Shown: positions 11,101 through 42,984 of the stretch, piece by piece
Layout of the letters: each line of letters opens with the position of its first letter
Numbering within the stretch: the first letter of the stretch is position 1
Assembly (NCBI RefSeq): GCF_009914755.1
Contig: NC_060932.1
Length of the DNA stretch: 64,000 nucleotides
Reading direction: 5' to 3' (one strand)
Origin: the human T2T-CHM13v2.0 reference genome, Homo sapiens
Notes under the pieces: model-generated
The model's input: only the letters and a program-made list of their open reading frames with translations
Told to the model about the DNA's origin: nothing
Database searches by the model: none
Made by a program: the position numbers and the translations under genes

Positions 11101-13149
11101 GTAGGTGGCAGGGTCTCCGCCTCTCCTCCCCTCTGTGGGCACTCTGGGCCACAGCGCTTGCTGGCGAGCCAGGCTTTGGGTGGCAGCAGGGTATCTGGGG
11201 GGAGCCCACTGTGGGCCCTGTTCAGTGGGAGGATGGGCCGGCCCCTGGGACCAGCTGGGCCTGATCTAATGGAACCTTCTGATCTGGGGAAGAGGGCCTG
11301 GGGTGTTCTCATCCCAAGGATGAGAACTGCTCCCAGCCCAATCCCCTCTTTGCCAGCATCTCTGCCTGGCCTACCTAGCTGAGCAGGCCAGCAATGGAAG
11401 GGATGGACTGTGGGGGCACGGGGTGGGCAGGGGAGCATTCCCTCTCTGCTGAATACTGGCCCGCTGGCCTCCCCAAAACCACTCCACATGCTCTGGGGGT
11501 TGGAGCAGTACATTTAGGGGCCTGAGGCTGTTTGTTTGGAGCCTGCTTTTTAGGGGGAGTGGGAGGAGAGCCTGCCCCCAGCCAGTGGCTGGCCAGGCTG
11601 GGGTGGGGCTGAGTGAAGAGTGAGGCTGTGGCAGGGCGCAGCTGCAAGCCCAAGCCCAGTACTCCCCCTGTGCCCGCCGCTGGGGTGCTTGAAGGGGCCA
11701 GGGCTGAGCAGACATGCAGCCCCCACAGGGTTCTGGGGCTCCCCCTCCCTAGCTCTGTCCCTCAGGGCCTAGCAGGTCCAGCCCCCTTTCTTGGGCAGAC
11801 ACACCCAGTGTGTCCCTTCCAGGGACCAGTTGCCTGGTTGTGAGAGTCAGGGGAGCAGGGACAGGTCCAAGACAAGGAAGGCAGTTGGGCTGTGGGAATG
11901 GGGAGCCCAGGGAAGGCCTCCAGAGCTGGGTAAGTGGAGGGCTCTGTGTATGTTGCTGTACACGTGCACTACTCTGGGATGGATGCCAGGGAGAGGACCG
12001 GTGGGTGGGTGTGAGCGGGTGTTGGCAGCACCATGTGTCACAGTGAGGGGGCCTCGATGGGAGAGTGGGGGCATGAGCTGGCACACAGGGCTTCGGAGTC
12101 TCCCCGCGTGCATGCGTCCTGCAACGGTTTCAGCGCGGGCGCTTCTGCCTGTGCCCACCTGTCCATCTTGTGTCCGTGCTGCCGGCCTCTCTGTGGTCAG
12201 GCGTTAGACTCCTGGGTGAGGTTGTCCACCCGTGGGTGGATGTCTGCAGAATCCCTCTCCTAGAGCTCCTGGGTGTTGTGGGACTGGAACAGGGAGGCCC
12301 TGGGATCCAGAAAGCTGAATTGAGGCTGCATCTCCCCCAGCTCTGCCAGTCCCACTTGTACAACAGGACCAGCTATAAATGGAGGGGAAGCAGTCCGCCT
12401 GAGGGGGCTGCAGGATGCAGAAAGCAGAAAGCGGGGTCTCTTCAGAGGGTGGGTGGAGAGGGCACATAGAAACCAAACCAGAGAGAGACCTAGGAGAAGA
12501 TGGCTGCACAGATGCGTCTCTGGGTGGGCTAGAGAGGCAGGAGGGGGCACCTGGGCCCGGTTTTGTTGTTATTGAGAGAACAAGGGAGGGCAGGCCTTGA
12601 GCAGGGGGACTCTGGGCTCCCCACCCACCCAGGCCTGGTCCTTTATCCGAGTATGAGAGGGTGCCCTGTAGTGCTGGGTTAGGGGAACCCTCATCCCAGC
12701 AGACACAACGGTAAAAAACATTGGAGTAGGGGAGAGGGAGAAAGTGGGAGAAGAGGAGGGAGTCCCCAGGCTCTGCCAGCCTTAGGACAGACTTGGAGTT
12801 CAGGCTTCGCCTAAGTAAGGGACACCTCTGATGAGCCACTGGCCCAGAGCAGGCCTCAGCCTCCTGGTGTCCTTTTCCAGTGGCGGGGGGGTGCGGGGAG
12901 CAAGGTGCCCTACCCCACCCACATCACACGCATGCACAGCACCCATGGGAGCGCCTGGCCCCTGCCCTGCAGCGCCGCACTGCTCCACCCTCCCTGCCCC
13001 TCCCCACCCAGGATGCTGTTTTGGGAACTGGTGACCTAGCTGGATTCTGCCTTTATTTCTGGCATTGAATTGTTGCCACAGTAACTGCGGGGGTGGGGCT
13101 GGGTAGGGGAGAGGGTGAAAGGGAAAGAGGGAGGGAGGGAGAAAAGATG

Positions 13150-13460
13150 AAGAAAGCCAAGAAAAGGGACCAGAAGAGAAAGCAGAAAGACAGGAGGAAG
13201 AAAGGGAGAGAGGGCCAGGCAGTCGCACTGTGAACAGAACAGGAGAAGGCGAAGCGGGGCAAAGTTCCCTGCCCACCGACGCCAGCCTGCTTGGATGACT
13301 TGCCTCGTTTCATAATTCACTTACTGTCTGCACCAGCCGGCCTCCAGCCTGGCTGGACCCTGCTGCCTGTGTGGCCCGGAGCCAGAGGCCCCCACACTCC
13401 CAGCTGCTCTTCTACAGATGCCATCAACGAGCAGGACTCTGGGTGGCTCCACTGTCTAAG
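13150..13460 (+). other. DMTN: Candidate alternative (possibly erythroid) non-coding first exon of DMTN (5' end approximate)
   Basis: Donor TCTAAG|gttagc at 13460/13461; CACCC-type boxes upstream and a GATA cluster just downstream. Confidence 0.55.
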
Positions 13461-13894
13461 GTTAGCACGTGGGACCCCCAAGTCCCACATTTTGATTGAA
13501 CTGGGATCTTTGGTACTCATTGAAAAGAGCACTTGGCTTTGGCCTCAGGCAGGCCGGGGTAGGGATTCTGGCTTGGCTTCTATTTGGGGGGCCTTCGGCA
13601 AGTTCACCTCTCAGCTTCATTTTTGCTCATCTCTAAATGAGGAGAATGTCGTTTTGTGTGAGGTTTAGAGACGATGTATGAAAGTCCCAAGTATACAGGG
13701 GCTGCCACCAAGCAGGTAGTGGTTGGCTGGAAACAGGAGCACAGCTAGACCAGGGGCCCTCCACCCCGAAGTTGCCATTCTGCCTGCGGAGGCTTCATTT
13801 CTAAAAGTCCAGGGGAGCCACAGTCTGGATCAGTTTCTGCCTGGAAGAAGAGCGCGCCAGGATGAGTGGGCACAAACTCGGAGGGCCCAGTGGG

Positions 13895-14010
13895 CGGGTC
13901 TTATCACCCACATCCTGGGGAGCTGTGGAGAGGAGAGGGTGGTGGGTGAGGTGGGGCTGGGCTGGTGGCTCAGATAAGGCAGGGACACACAGCTGGGGGA
14001 GGGTGGGGCT
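13895..14010. promoter_or_regulatory. Candidate erythroid GATA1/TAL1/KLF1 enhancer
   Basis: TTATCA 13901-13906, CTG-N7-AGATAA 13962-13977, E-box CAGCTG 13990-13995, AGGGTGGGG 14000-14008. Confidence 0.5.
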
Positions 14011-14347
14011 GAGATGGAGGGCGAGCGGCTGGCTGGCGTCCGACCAGGGCCAGGGGCAGCTGAGCTGTCCCTTCCGTCACCTGGACCTGCCTTCCTCTGT
14101 GGTGCTCTCTCTTCCTCCCTCCCTCCCCTCTTCCTGCTGCAGCTCGCCCTTTCTATCTCTTTGTGCACGGAGGTCGCTGGGACCTTGGGGATGCAGGCAC
14201 AGACAGGCGGGGTGCATGGATGGGAGAGGGGTCTGGATGGGAGGAGGTGGAGTGAGCTGGCACTTGACCTGCGAGAAATGAGCTTTGATGGAAAGGGCTA
14301 CTTGTGGGTGGAGTAGGCAGGGTGTGATTTGAGAGAAGCCAAGGAAA

Positions 14348-14440
14348 CTCTCTCTCTCTTTCTCTCTTTCTGTCTCGCTCTCTCTCTCTCTCTCTCCCCC
14401 TCACACATGCGCACGCACACACACATATACACACACTCTT
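14348..14440. repeat. (TC)n/(CA)n simple repeat
   Basis: Direct reading. Confidence 0.85.
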
Positions 14441-14955
14441 CTCCACCCCCATTTTCCCGGCTGGCCTTCTGACAGCTTAAAATTTAACCAGTACAAACAT
14501 TATGCCTTAAGGCTAGGCCCACGTTTACGTGCAAATGCCCCACAAGGGGTAAGACAAAATTTCTGCCTCTGTGGAAATAATTTATCAACCAACATGCTCT
14601 CTAACAAATGGCAGGGGGTGGCACCAGGGTGCAGGGCCCTGGCTGACCCCAGGAAGCAGACCCAGATGCTAAAGCGCAAGACCCAGCAGTGGGGTTGTGG
14701 GCAGGAAGGGACTGGAGACAGAGCAGAGGTGAGAGGCCAGAGGCTTAGTGACTCACACCAGCTTTGCCTGGGTAGTATCCTGGTGAATGGTTTTAGAAAT
14801 CAGACAGACCTGAGCTTAGATTCCACACAATACTGTGTCCTTGACCAACTACTTAACTTGTTCAAGTCTCAACTTCTTCATGTGCAAACGAGGTACTCGC
14901 CAATCCAAGCCAACCCACAAGATTGGAATGTAAGGGTTAAATTGAAACAAAGATG

Positions 14956-15344
<389 letters not shown>

Positions 15345-15688
15345 TCATATGACTGTGACCATCAGGATTTTGAATCATGTTTCTGAGTGCCTGTGCCTCT
15401 GGCACGGTATTTGTGCACGTGTGAGTATGGGGATATATGACCACATACTCCTGAGACATGGCTTACCCTGGGCCACTCACCTTTCACCTCTCTGAGTAGC
15501 CACCACTCTGACAGATAGCCACTTTCACACTCTGTGCCCCTCCCCCCGGTGGTGTTTCAGGAAGATTCCAGGGCCTCCCCGAGGCTCCAGAACACACTGA
15601 AGTTATCCAGTCTCCCTCCTGCCCCTCTCTGTGTGCAGCTGCACATGCTCCTCAGAGTGACCCCTCCAAACCTCTGACTCACCTGTAA

Positions 15689-16360
<672 letters not shown>

Positions 16361-17987
16361 TCTTTGTTTCCGGGGAGCCTTTCTTCCCAAAGCCAGTCTT
16401 GTACTTGGCTGTGAACTTGATCCCTTCCCTCCTGCTGCCGTCTTGCTCCACCCACCTAGTGCCCACTGCCCCCTGCAGCCTCAGTCTTTCCTGTCTACCG
16501 TTCTCTCTCTGCTGTCTGCAAACACATTAAAGGCCTTAGGCCAATCTTATCTCCTCCAAAACGACCCTGCCTTTCTATCACACTTCTTGGAAGGGCCATT
16601 CCCCCTGGCTGTACCACCTGGCCAGCACCCCCATCACCCCCCCAATCCCTAACCACGAGGCCACTATGGCCTGACATTCGAGCTGGAGGAAAAGCACTTC
16701 TCCTCACCTTCTCCATGGTGACACTTGGCTTCCATGATGTTCTACTCTCTCAGCCCCTCCCTCTATCCCTCCCTCCCTCCCATTCTTTCTCTCAATATGT
16801 TTTGCACATTTACTGTGTATCAGACCCTTTGCTGAAAACACAAAGACTCACTAGAGACTTCCTGGCCCCTGCGAGCTGCCATCTAGTTTTCCTCTCTCTG
16901 ACTGTGCCATCTCTGGCTATTTCTTTTCAGTTCCCCAGGTTCCCAGGATGCTGTTTTTAACCTTCTTTCTCCCTTGGCAATCTCATGTTTGAACTACCAC
17001 CTCTAGGCAAATGGCACCCACATCTCTGGTTCCAGCCTGGCCTCTTCCGTAGGTTCCTTTCCTCCTGGACATTCCTACCTGTTCCCCTGATGCACCCACT
17101 ACAACCTCCACCTGTCAAAGTGACTTCCTCCTTTCCCCTTCTCCCAGTCTCTCAGACTTGCAGCCTCCTTCATGGGCACCCCAGATCCAGTCCTGCTTTG
17201 CACATTCTGCCTCTAGGGTTTCTCCCATTTGCCCTCTCTCCTTCCTGCCCAAGTCTAGATCTTTACAGTGCCCTGCTGAACTACTGCTGCAGCTTCCGGG
17301 CTGGTCTCCCGGCAGACCTGGATCGCCTCTGCCTGTCCAGTCTGGCTCTCAGGCTGCCACCAGATTCATTTTCCCAAAACACTGCTTGAATCATGTAACT
17401 TCTTTGCTTATAAAAAGTTTTTGAGCCTTCTGTGCCCCACTGTTGCCAACAGATTACGACCTAACCCTAGGCTGGGTTCAGGGCCTCCATGATCTGGCCT
17501 CCATGATTTGGCCTCAACCTCCTGTCCCAAATGCATCTCAACCTCATGACCTCTCCAATCCAGCCATATTTGCTGTTCCCCAGGCAGGCCCAGTGCATCC
17601 CCATGTCCCCACCTTATGCTGCTTTCTCTATCAGGAGCCCCTTTTTCCATTTTTGCATGATCTCAAACTGGGCATCTTTCAAGGCCGACCTCAGATACCT
17701 CTTCCTCCAATAAACCCTTTCCCCTCTCTTGACACCCCAGCAGGAGGAATCTCTCCTGTGACTTTTCATAGTGCTTTATACTTTCTTATATGGTACAGGT
17801 AATTTTCTGCTTTGCATGGGAGTTATCTAGATGCATGCCTTATTTCTGGAGGAGCAGCTTAGCTCCTCTGACTCATCTTTCTGTTCTCCATAAGACTTAC
17901 CACAGAGTCCTGCTCTGTGTTCATTGCAGAATAGGTGCTCAGAAAGTATTTGTTGAATGGATGAATAAAACAATACATGACTAAGTA

Positions 17988-18186
17988 GATGGATGTATGG
18001 ATTCAGGGATGGATGGATGGATGGAGAGATGGATGGATGCAGGGATGCAGGGACGGATGGATGGATGGAGAGATGGATGGATGGATAGATGCAGGAATGG
18101 ATGGATGGATAGAAGGATGGATGGATGGATGGATAGATGAATGCAGGGATGGATAGATGGATGAACAGATACATGCATGCATGGAT
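17988..18186. repeat. (TGGA)n tetranucleotide satellite
   Basis: Direct reading. Confidence 0.95.
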
Positions 18187-18208
18187 AAGCATTTGCCCCT
18201 AGGCCTAA

Positions 18209-18720
<512 letters not shown>

Positions 18721-19411
18721 TGCCAGAGTCTTCTTTTGGAGATGCCATGGTTCTAGAATTCCAAACAGACTTGAGAATCTGGCAGGTTCTAGCTTTCCTC
18801 ACTCTCACCTGATACTGAGTACTAGGTAGGCACTGTGAATCGTGCTGAAGACACAGTCATTTTCAGCTCCACGACTCTGGACAAATTTTTAACCTCTCTG
18901 AGCCCGTTTCCTTATCTGTAAATGGGTCTACCTTATAGGGTTGTTGGGGCAATGAAACAAAATAATCCTTTTAAAGGGCTTCTCAAAGTACCTAGCACAT
19001 AATGAGCATTCAAAAAATGATAGCTCTTTGCCACCCACGCTGGAATACAGTGGTGTGATCACAGCTCACTGCAGCCTCGATATCATGGGCTCAAGTAATG
19101 CTCCCACCTCAGTCTCCAGAGTAGCTGAGATGACTACAGCTGCATATCACTACATCTGGCTAATTTTTACATTTTTGCTAGAGACGAGGTCTCCCTATGT
19201 TGCCCGGGCTGGCCTCGAACTCCTGACCTCAAGCCATCCTCTCTCCTTGGCCTCCCACATAGCTCTTATTGTTGTTTTCACCCTCCTGCGATTAGCAGTC
19301 TGTCTAGTTAGGGAGAAAACATGTTCCCTGTAATCAAGTGCTTAGCTACATTGGTCTGTTTTTAAGTCCCACTGGAATTCAGAGAAGGGTTGATCCATGA
19401 GGACTAGACTA

Positions 19412-20240
<829 letters not shown>

Positions 20241-20831
20241 GAAGCCGGGCTGCTCAGGGAACCCTCTGTGTTAACCCTTCCTGGGCGAGCGCGGGGAGGT
20301 GGCGGCGGGGACAGTGCCCCGAGCGGGAGTGGGACCAGCGGCCGGGAGGGGAGGGCCTCAGCCAGGGCCGCAGGCCGGGCCGGGGCGGGGAGGGCAGGTG
20401 CGGCGGGGCCAGGCCGTGGAGGCCTCCGCCCGGGCAGCCGGCTGAACCCTGCCGTCATTTCCTTTGAAGCCAGAGAACAATGGCTCAAAAACAAGCGCAG
20501 CCCGTCCTTCGGTCGCCTCCCGTCCACGCGCGCGTTCTCCGGGGCTGAGCGGATGGGAAGCCTCTGCCGCAAGGGGCCCGGCTGCCTGGAGAGCGGCCGC
20601 CCGCGGAGGCCCCGCAGCCTAACGCCGCCCCGGCGCGGCCTCCCTCCCTTCTCCCCGCAGCCTGGAGAGTCACCGCCGAGGGATGAGGACGCGCCAGCCC
20701 GGGGGAACGCGCCAGCTGCTTTCGCGGCCCCAAGCGCGCAGTGCCCAGCAGCCGCGCCGAGCCTGACACGCTGTCCTCTCCCCTCGCGCACAGGGCTCTG
20801 CGAGTGACCCGGCGGGCGAGCTCCGTGCTGC

Positions 20832-35425
<14,594 letters not shown>

Positions 35426-36462
35426 TGGCCCCCGCCTGCTCCGGGACGGCCCCCTTACCCCTGCTGCTTCAGGGTTTTTCCCCGGCGGGTTGGGAGGGGC
35501 AGGAGGTGGGGTGGAAATAGGGTGGGCTCCTTTCCTCAGGTAGAGTGGGGGGCCAAAACCTCTGCAGTCCCCGGCAGTGAGCTATGGACTTTCTTCCCCC
35601 TCACAAGGCTGGGGGCCTCCTGCTCTCGTCCCTGGCCCTCCCTGCACAGGGCAAAGCCAGTCTGGGCTCTGGCACACAGAGTTCATGTTTGCGCCCTCTC
35701 CCTGCCCCTCACCCCAGAGGGTGAGGAGGAATGAGGGGCATTGGTGGTTAGGCCGGTTGGCTGTCTTGAACAGCTGGAGGGAAGATGCAGGGGTGGGAAG
35801 CGGCCAGGCAGAAAGAGCTCCAGGCTCTTGTGTCGCCCACCCAGCCCTCCCATACTCACTCCTGACAGCTTTCCTGCACTGCAGCTTCCTGCTCCTCTGA
35901 CTCTAGTGGGAACAGGCCCCAGCTCAGCCTCCGGCAGGGAGGTCACCCCTCCACTTCAGCTTGCCCTGACCTCCGCTCGCAAACCCCGAGCTTCCAAGCC
36001 TTTTGCTCCAGCCCTGCGGCTTCCCCAGAAGCCTGGGCTTAGGGTGGAGATGCCGCCTACACACGATCCTGGCCCTCCACCTGCCTCCAGGCCACGAAAT
36101 GGGAATTCCAGCACTAAGCCAGGCACCGGGCAGAAGCTGGGCCTTCCGCCTCCCTTGGATGGGGTCAAGAGGCCAGGCCTGGCACATTTTGGAGTGTCCT
36201 GGCTACCAGCTCTCACCTACACCCACGCACCCCCCCACACACTATGCTCTCTCAAGAATGTAATTTATTGGGGCCCCCCCAGCTGCTTTCCTCACCTGCC
36301 CCTGCCCTACCTTACACCCCCAGCTTGACTTCTTTCCAGTCCACGTGTGTATATAATGATATCTATATTTTTGCCCAGGTCTGGGTATTGCTCCTGCCCA
36401 GACCCTGACATCCCTTTCCACTGTGTGTGTGACCATGCTGGGGGAGGGGGACTCTGCTTGGA

Positions 36463-36468
36463 ATTAAA
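36463..36468 (+). terminator. DMTN: DMTN polyadenylation signal ATTAAA
   Basis: ATTAAA about 1.04 kb after the stop, followed by T-rich sequence. Confidence 0.75.
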
Positions 36469-37904
36469 AGGTTGCATTGGGTCCCTACATCTGTCTTTTC
36501 CTTATGAGCCACCAGACCTGGGTGAACGAGACAAGCCATATCAGGCAGAGGGAAGCCCTGGGAGCAAGGGTGCCAATGCAGGGGCCGCCTAGGGCTGGAG
36601 GGCTGGAGACACAGCCCCGCAGTACTCTTTCCCCCAAGCCTGGGCCACAGAAGCAGGGGCTGTCTAGACAGGGGCCTGTCTGCCTCTCCTTCAGGGACTC
36701 TGTGATGGGGGCAGGAACCCTTGTGTTTGGGGCCAGAGGGAACTCACACCTCAGGGAGGAGCCTGGTAGAGAACTGGCTGGGAGGAAAGACTGCCCCAGC
36801 CCTCCACCAAATCCCAACGTGCTCGCCTTGGTAGCCAAGCTCAACATCGGACATGGTTGTCCCTCCCAAGGGGCAGGGTGCCCATGGTTCAATGGGGAGG
36901 CCAAACACAGAAAAGGTCAGCAGGATGTGAGTGTGTGGTGAGCTGATTGCCAAGAATCAGGCAGGGGAAACTAAGGAATGGAGAAATGGCAGTTGGAGGA
37001 CGAGTCAAGTGGAGGCCAAGGGAGGAAGATGGGAATTTGGTCTTGGTTGACTTGGTAAGGCCTCCCAAGGGGAAAAGACAGGGAATTGCGTGTTGCGGGT
37101 GGGAGGTGGGAGAGGGGCTGCGGATCTGACGGGAAGACCAGAAGGAGGACTGCCTGCAGGTGTGGGTGCTTACGTGGGGAGGGGCCAGCCCCACCTGGCT
37201 GGAGCAGAACCATGTGTGGGCACATGAAGAGGCGTGCAGTCAGAGGGACCAGGTGAGTTGGAGGGTGCACAACTTGTGAACCTGCGACTGGAGCTGGGGC
37301 CTAGCCTGAGTACCCTGGTTGAGTTCCTAGCCCCTGTGGCTGAAATAAGCAAAGTGGATAAGAACCCCTCAAATGTGAACGATTATTTTACATTGTAGGA
37401 GTTCTGTTGCATCCACAACATCATTTTATCCCTTCAGCAAACCTATGAGGTCAACAGAACAGATCACTGTCATCTTCTTAGCAAATGAGAAAATGGTGGG
37501 ACAGAGACAATTCCTCTGAAGCCCAGAGCTACAGGAAACCAATGAGTGGAGAGTGGTGACAGGATTCAGGTTTCTAGGACTTTCCCAATAGGTACTGTTG
37601 TCTGTGAAGGAGAAGCAGAGGAGGGCAGACTAGGAGGGGCAGAAAGAAATGGGCTCTGCACACATACCCAATACAAGGCATTCAGAAACTGCTGGGGGGC
37701 TTAACCCTGCTCTGAGCATGGGGAACACAGCAGTGACCAGGTTGACGTGCCCGTTGTCCAAAAAGAGCTCCCAGGCTGTTCGGGAAAATGTCAAGGTCAT
37801 TGAACCCTAAGGGGTGCTGGAGACAGGGTTTGGGAACTGTATGTAGTACGGGCAGGTTTGACCCTAGGTCCCAAAGGATTTTCAATTCATGAGAATTTAG
37901 AGCA

Positions 37905-38585
<681 letters not shown>

Positions 38586-38889
38586 AGAAGGCTGGGCGCG
38601 GTGGCTCACCCCTGTAATCCCAGCACTCTGGGAGGCCAAGGCAGGTGGATCACCTGAGGTCAGGAGTTTGAGACCAGCCTGGCCAGCATGGTGAAAACCC
38701 ATCTCTACTAAAATTAAAAAAAAAAAAAAAATTAGAGCAGCTCAGACTGGAGCTCTTTGTCCCTAAAACAAAGCCTTAGGAAGAGCCTCTCAGTGCCTCC
38801 TCCCCACAACACACACATAAATAAATAAAAAATGAAAAAATTAAAGCATGAGCAAATTATTTCACATTGAGAGTCATTGACTATATGGC

Positions 38890-39193
<304 letters not shown>

Positions 39194-39357
39194 ATATGGC
39201 CTTCTCCTTGAATCTGGCCTTCATGCCTTGCATGTTTAAAGCAGCTTACCCGTGTTACTCGGGAGGCTGAGGCAGGAAGATCACTTGAGGCCAAGAGTTT
39301 GAGACCAGCCTGGGAAACATAGCAAGACCCCATCTAAAAAAAAAAATGAATACATAG

Positions 39358-39668
<311 letters not shown>

Positions 39669-40341
39669 TCAGTTTACCGTGAAATCATCTTCAACTCTTC
39701 ATTTAAGCTGATAGGAGAGGCTTTTTTCAAAGGTCTTCCCCTAAATGGGCTAACCTGGCCTCAGAATTTAATAAAACCTCATGGTCTTTGATATTTCTGG
39801 ACTATAACACATGTAGTGTGTACACTGACTTTTATTAGAGTTTTTAAAATAACATGTAAAAAGTTAAGTCGAATAAAAGGTTATGAACTCCTGATGTACT
39901 TTCATTATCCCCTAGAGTCCTCTGAGACATGCTGAAGGGAAGCAAGCTGATTTGACCTATCCAGCCTGGGTCCTTTACCTGTGAGGAGGTGGGCCTAGAA
40001 ATCTGCAGAGACTGAATTGGAACTCCCACCTGTCAGAGAACTGAGGTCCCAATCAATTCTCACTCAGCCTGGGCTTGGCTGAACCCTGGCCCTCCTCAGG
40101 GCCTGAGGCCCAGACACTGGCCACCCTGGCTCAGAGTCTGGACTGCAGGCTCCACACCACAGCACAGAGCCCACTCTGGGCAGGTCAGCATTTCCTGTGC
40201 CTCAGCCCCACTGGGGAATGGGTCCTAAAAGGTGAGGCAGGTCCTGTGAAGCCCGAGACCCCAAAACTCTAGGTTCTATAATTCTGACAGGGGCTATTCT
40301 TCCTTCCCGAGGGAAACTGATTCCTTTCCCTCTCGTCATAT

Positions 40342-41775
40342 TGAGAGGTGACAGCGTGCTGGCAGTCCTCACAGCGCTCTCGGCGCCTCCTCTGCCTGGG
40401 TTCCCACTTTGGCGGCACTTGAGGAGCCCTTCAGCCCACCGCTGCACTTTGGGAGCCCCTTTCTGGGCTGGCCAAGGCCGGAGCCGGCTCCCTCAGCTTG
40501 TAGGGAGGTGTGGAGGGAAAGGCACGAACGGGAACCGGGGCTGCGCGCGGCGATTGCGGGCCAGCTGGAGTTCCGGGTGGGCTTGGGCTTGGCGGGCCCC
40601 GCACTCGGAGCAGCCGGCCGGCCCTGCAGGCCCCGGGCAATGAGGGGCTTAGCACCCGGGCCAGCAGCTGCGGAGGGTGTACTGGGTCCCCCAGCAGTGC
40701 CAGCCCACCGGCGCTGCGCTCGATTTCTCACCGGGCCTTAGCTGCCTTCCCGCGGGGCAGCGCTCGGGACCTGAAGCCCGCCCATACCGGAGCCTCCCAC
40801 CCGCTCCGTGGGCTCCTGTGCGGCCGGAGCCTCCCCGACGAGCGCCGCCCCCTGCTCCAGGGCGCCCAGTCCCATCGACCACCCAAGGGCTGAGGAGTGC
40901 GGGCGCACGGCGCGGGAGCACGGCGCGGGACTGGCAGGCAGCTCCACCTGCAGCCCCGGTGCGGGATCCACTCGGTGAAGCCAGCTGGGCTCCTGAGTCT
41001 GGTGGGGACGTGGAGAACCTTTATGTCTAGCCCAGGGATTGTAAATACACCAATGGGCACTCTGTATCTAGCTCAAGGTTTGTAAACACACCAATCAGCA
41101 CCGTGTGTCTAGCTCAGGGTTTGTGAGTGCACCAATCGACACTCTGTGTCTAGCTGCTCTGGTGGGGCCTTGGAGAACCTTTGTGTCGACACTCTGCATC
41201 TAGTTAATCTGATGGGGACGTGGAGAACCTTTGTGTCTAGCTCAGGGATTGTAAACGCACCAATCAGCGCCCTGTCAAAACAGACCACTGGGCTCTACCA
41301 ATCAGCAGGATGAGGGTGGGGCCAGATAAGAGAATAAAAGCAGGCTGCCCAAGGTAGCAGTGGCAACTCGCTTGGGTTCCTTTCCACACTGTGGAGGTTT
41401 TTTTTCTTTCACGTTTTGCAATAAGTTGCTGCTGTTCGTTCTTTGGGTTTCCCACTGCTTTTGTGAGCTGTAACACTGACGGCAAAGGTGTGCAGCTTCA
41501 CTCCTGAAGTCAGCGAGACCACGAACCCAACAGGCGGAACTAAAAACTCCAGACGCGCCGCCTTAAGAGCTGTAGCACTCACCGCGAGGGTCTGCAGCTT
41601 CACCCCTAAGCCAGCGAGACCATCGAACCCACTAGAAGGAAGAAAGTCCAAACACATCCGAACATCAGAGCAAACTCCAGACGTGCCACCTTAAGAGCTG
41701 TAACACTCCCTGCAAGGGTCTACAGCTTCATTCTTGAAGTCAGTGAGACCAATGAACCTACCAATTCCGGACACA
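40342..41775 (+). mobile_element. LTR12C (ERV9) solo LTR with 4-bp TSD ATAT
   Basis: Begins TGAGAGGTGACAGCGTGCTGGCAG, ends CCAATTCCGGACACA; atat at 40338-40341 and 41776-41779; CCAAT-containing tandem enhancer repeats; GATA 41324 and AATAAA TATA-like box 41333. Confidence 0.95.
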
Positions 41776-41814
41776 ATATGATGTCAGTGATAAGCAGAGA
41801 CACTGGTTTTTGTT

Positions 41815-42375
41815 TCTTAGAGAGACACTATTTTGCTGTCACCCAGTCTGGACTGCAGGGGCACGATCATAGCTCATTGCAGCCTCGAACTCCTGGGTTC
41901 AAGTGATCCTCCTCCCACCTCAGTCTCCCGAGCAGCTTGGACTACAGGCACATACCACCACACCTGGTCATTTTGTATTTTTATTTTTTGTCAAGACAGG
42001 ATCTTCATATGTTGCCCAGGCTGGTCAACAGCCTTGGCCTCCTAAAGTGCTAGGATTTCAGGCTTGAGCCACCACACTCAGCTGCAGACTTTTTTTTTTT
42101 TTTTTTTTTTTTTGAGACGGTCTCACTCTGTTGCCCGGGCTGGAGTGCACTGGCACGATCTTGGCTCACTGCAACCTCTGCCTCTCGGGTTCAAGTGATT
42201 CTCCCACCTTAGCCTCCACATACCACCACGCTTGGCTAATTTTTTTGTATTTTTAGTAGAGACGGGTTTTCACCATGTTGGCCAGGCTGGTCTCAAACTC
42301 CTGGCCTCAAGTGATCAAACCGCCTTGGCCTCCCAAAGTGCTGGGATTACAGGTGTGAGCCACCGCCCACAGCCC
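41815..42375 (-). mobile_element. Two antisense Alus (AluJ, AluS)
   Basis: Alu consensus. Confidence 0.85.
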
Positions 42376-42620
42376 ATAAACATTTTCTGATAGCCCTGTC
42401 AAAAAGTAAAAAGCAACACGTGAAGTTAATTTTAACAATATACGTTATTTAACCCAACACACCTAATAGTCATTTCAATATGTAATCAGTATAAGCCATG
42501 GTTGTTGCAGTTTCACACTTTCCTTTCTTACTGTATCTTCCAAATCGGGGTGTGCTTGGCACGGCACATCTTGGTTGGGACCAGCACATTTCAGGAGCTC
42601 ATCAGCCCATGTGCCTGGGG
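42376..42620. mobile_element. MER33-like hAT-Charlie DNA transposon
   Basis: aaaaagtaaaaag...gtgaagttaattttaac...ttatttaacccaa...cacatttcagg resembles the recalled MER33 consensus. Confidence 0.65.
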
Positions 42621-42677
42621 CTGACTGAGACTTCAATTCAGGAGGAATTGTAATTTCTCTTCGAAAACACCTCCCTT

Positions 42678-42984
42678 AGCTCCCGCCTTAATCCCAGCTA
42701 CTCAGGAGGCCCTGGCGGGAGGGTCGCTTGAGGCCAGGAGCTGGAGATCATCCTAGGCAGCACAGTGAGACCTCCCCTCCCAGTAAAAAAACAAAAAAAA
42801 AAAACAATTGGCCAGGCGTGGTGGCGCGCGCCTGTGGACCCAGCTACTCTGGAGGCCGGGGTTGGAGGATCGCATGAGTCCAGGAGTTGGAGGCTGCAAT
42901 GAGCAGAGATCGCGCCACTACACTCCAGCCTGGGCGACCAAGCGAGACCCTGTCTCGGAAGAAAGGAAAGAAAAAAAAAAAAAC
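42678..42984 (+). mobile_element. 5'-truncated AluJ with TSD aaacacctccc, abutting the FHIP2B promoter
   Basis: Direct repeat at 42665-42675 and 42985-42995. Confidence 0.85.

Noticed and set aside
17827-18192. Periodic IHPS-repeat ORFs
   Set aside because: Translation of the (TGGA)n satellite
40341-41694. ORFs within the LTR as retroviral genes
   Set aside because: Solo LTR bounded by a TSD; no gag, pol or env sequence
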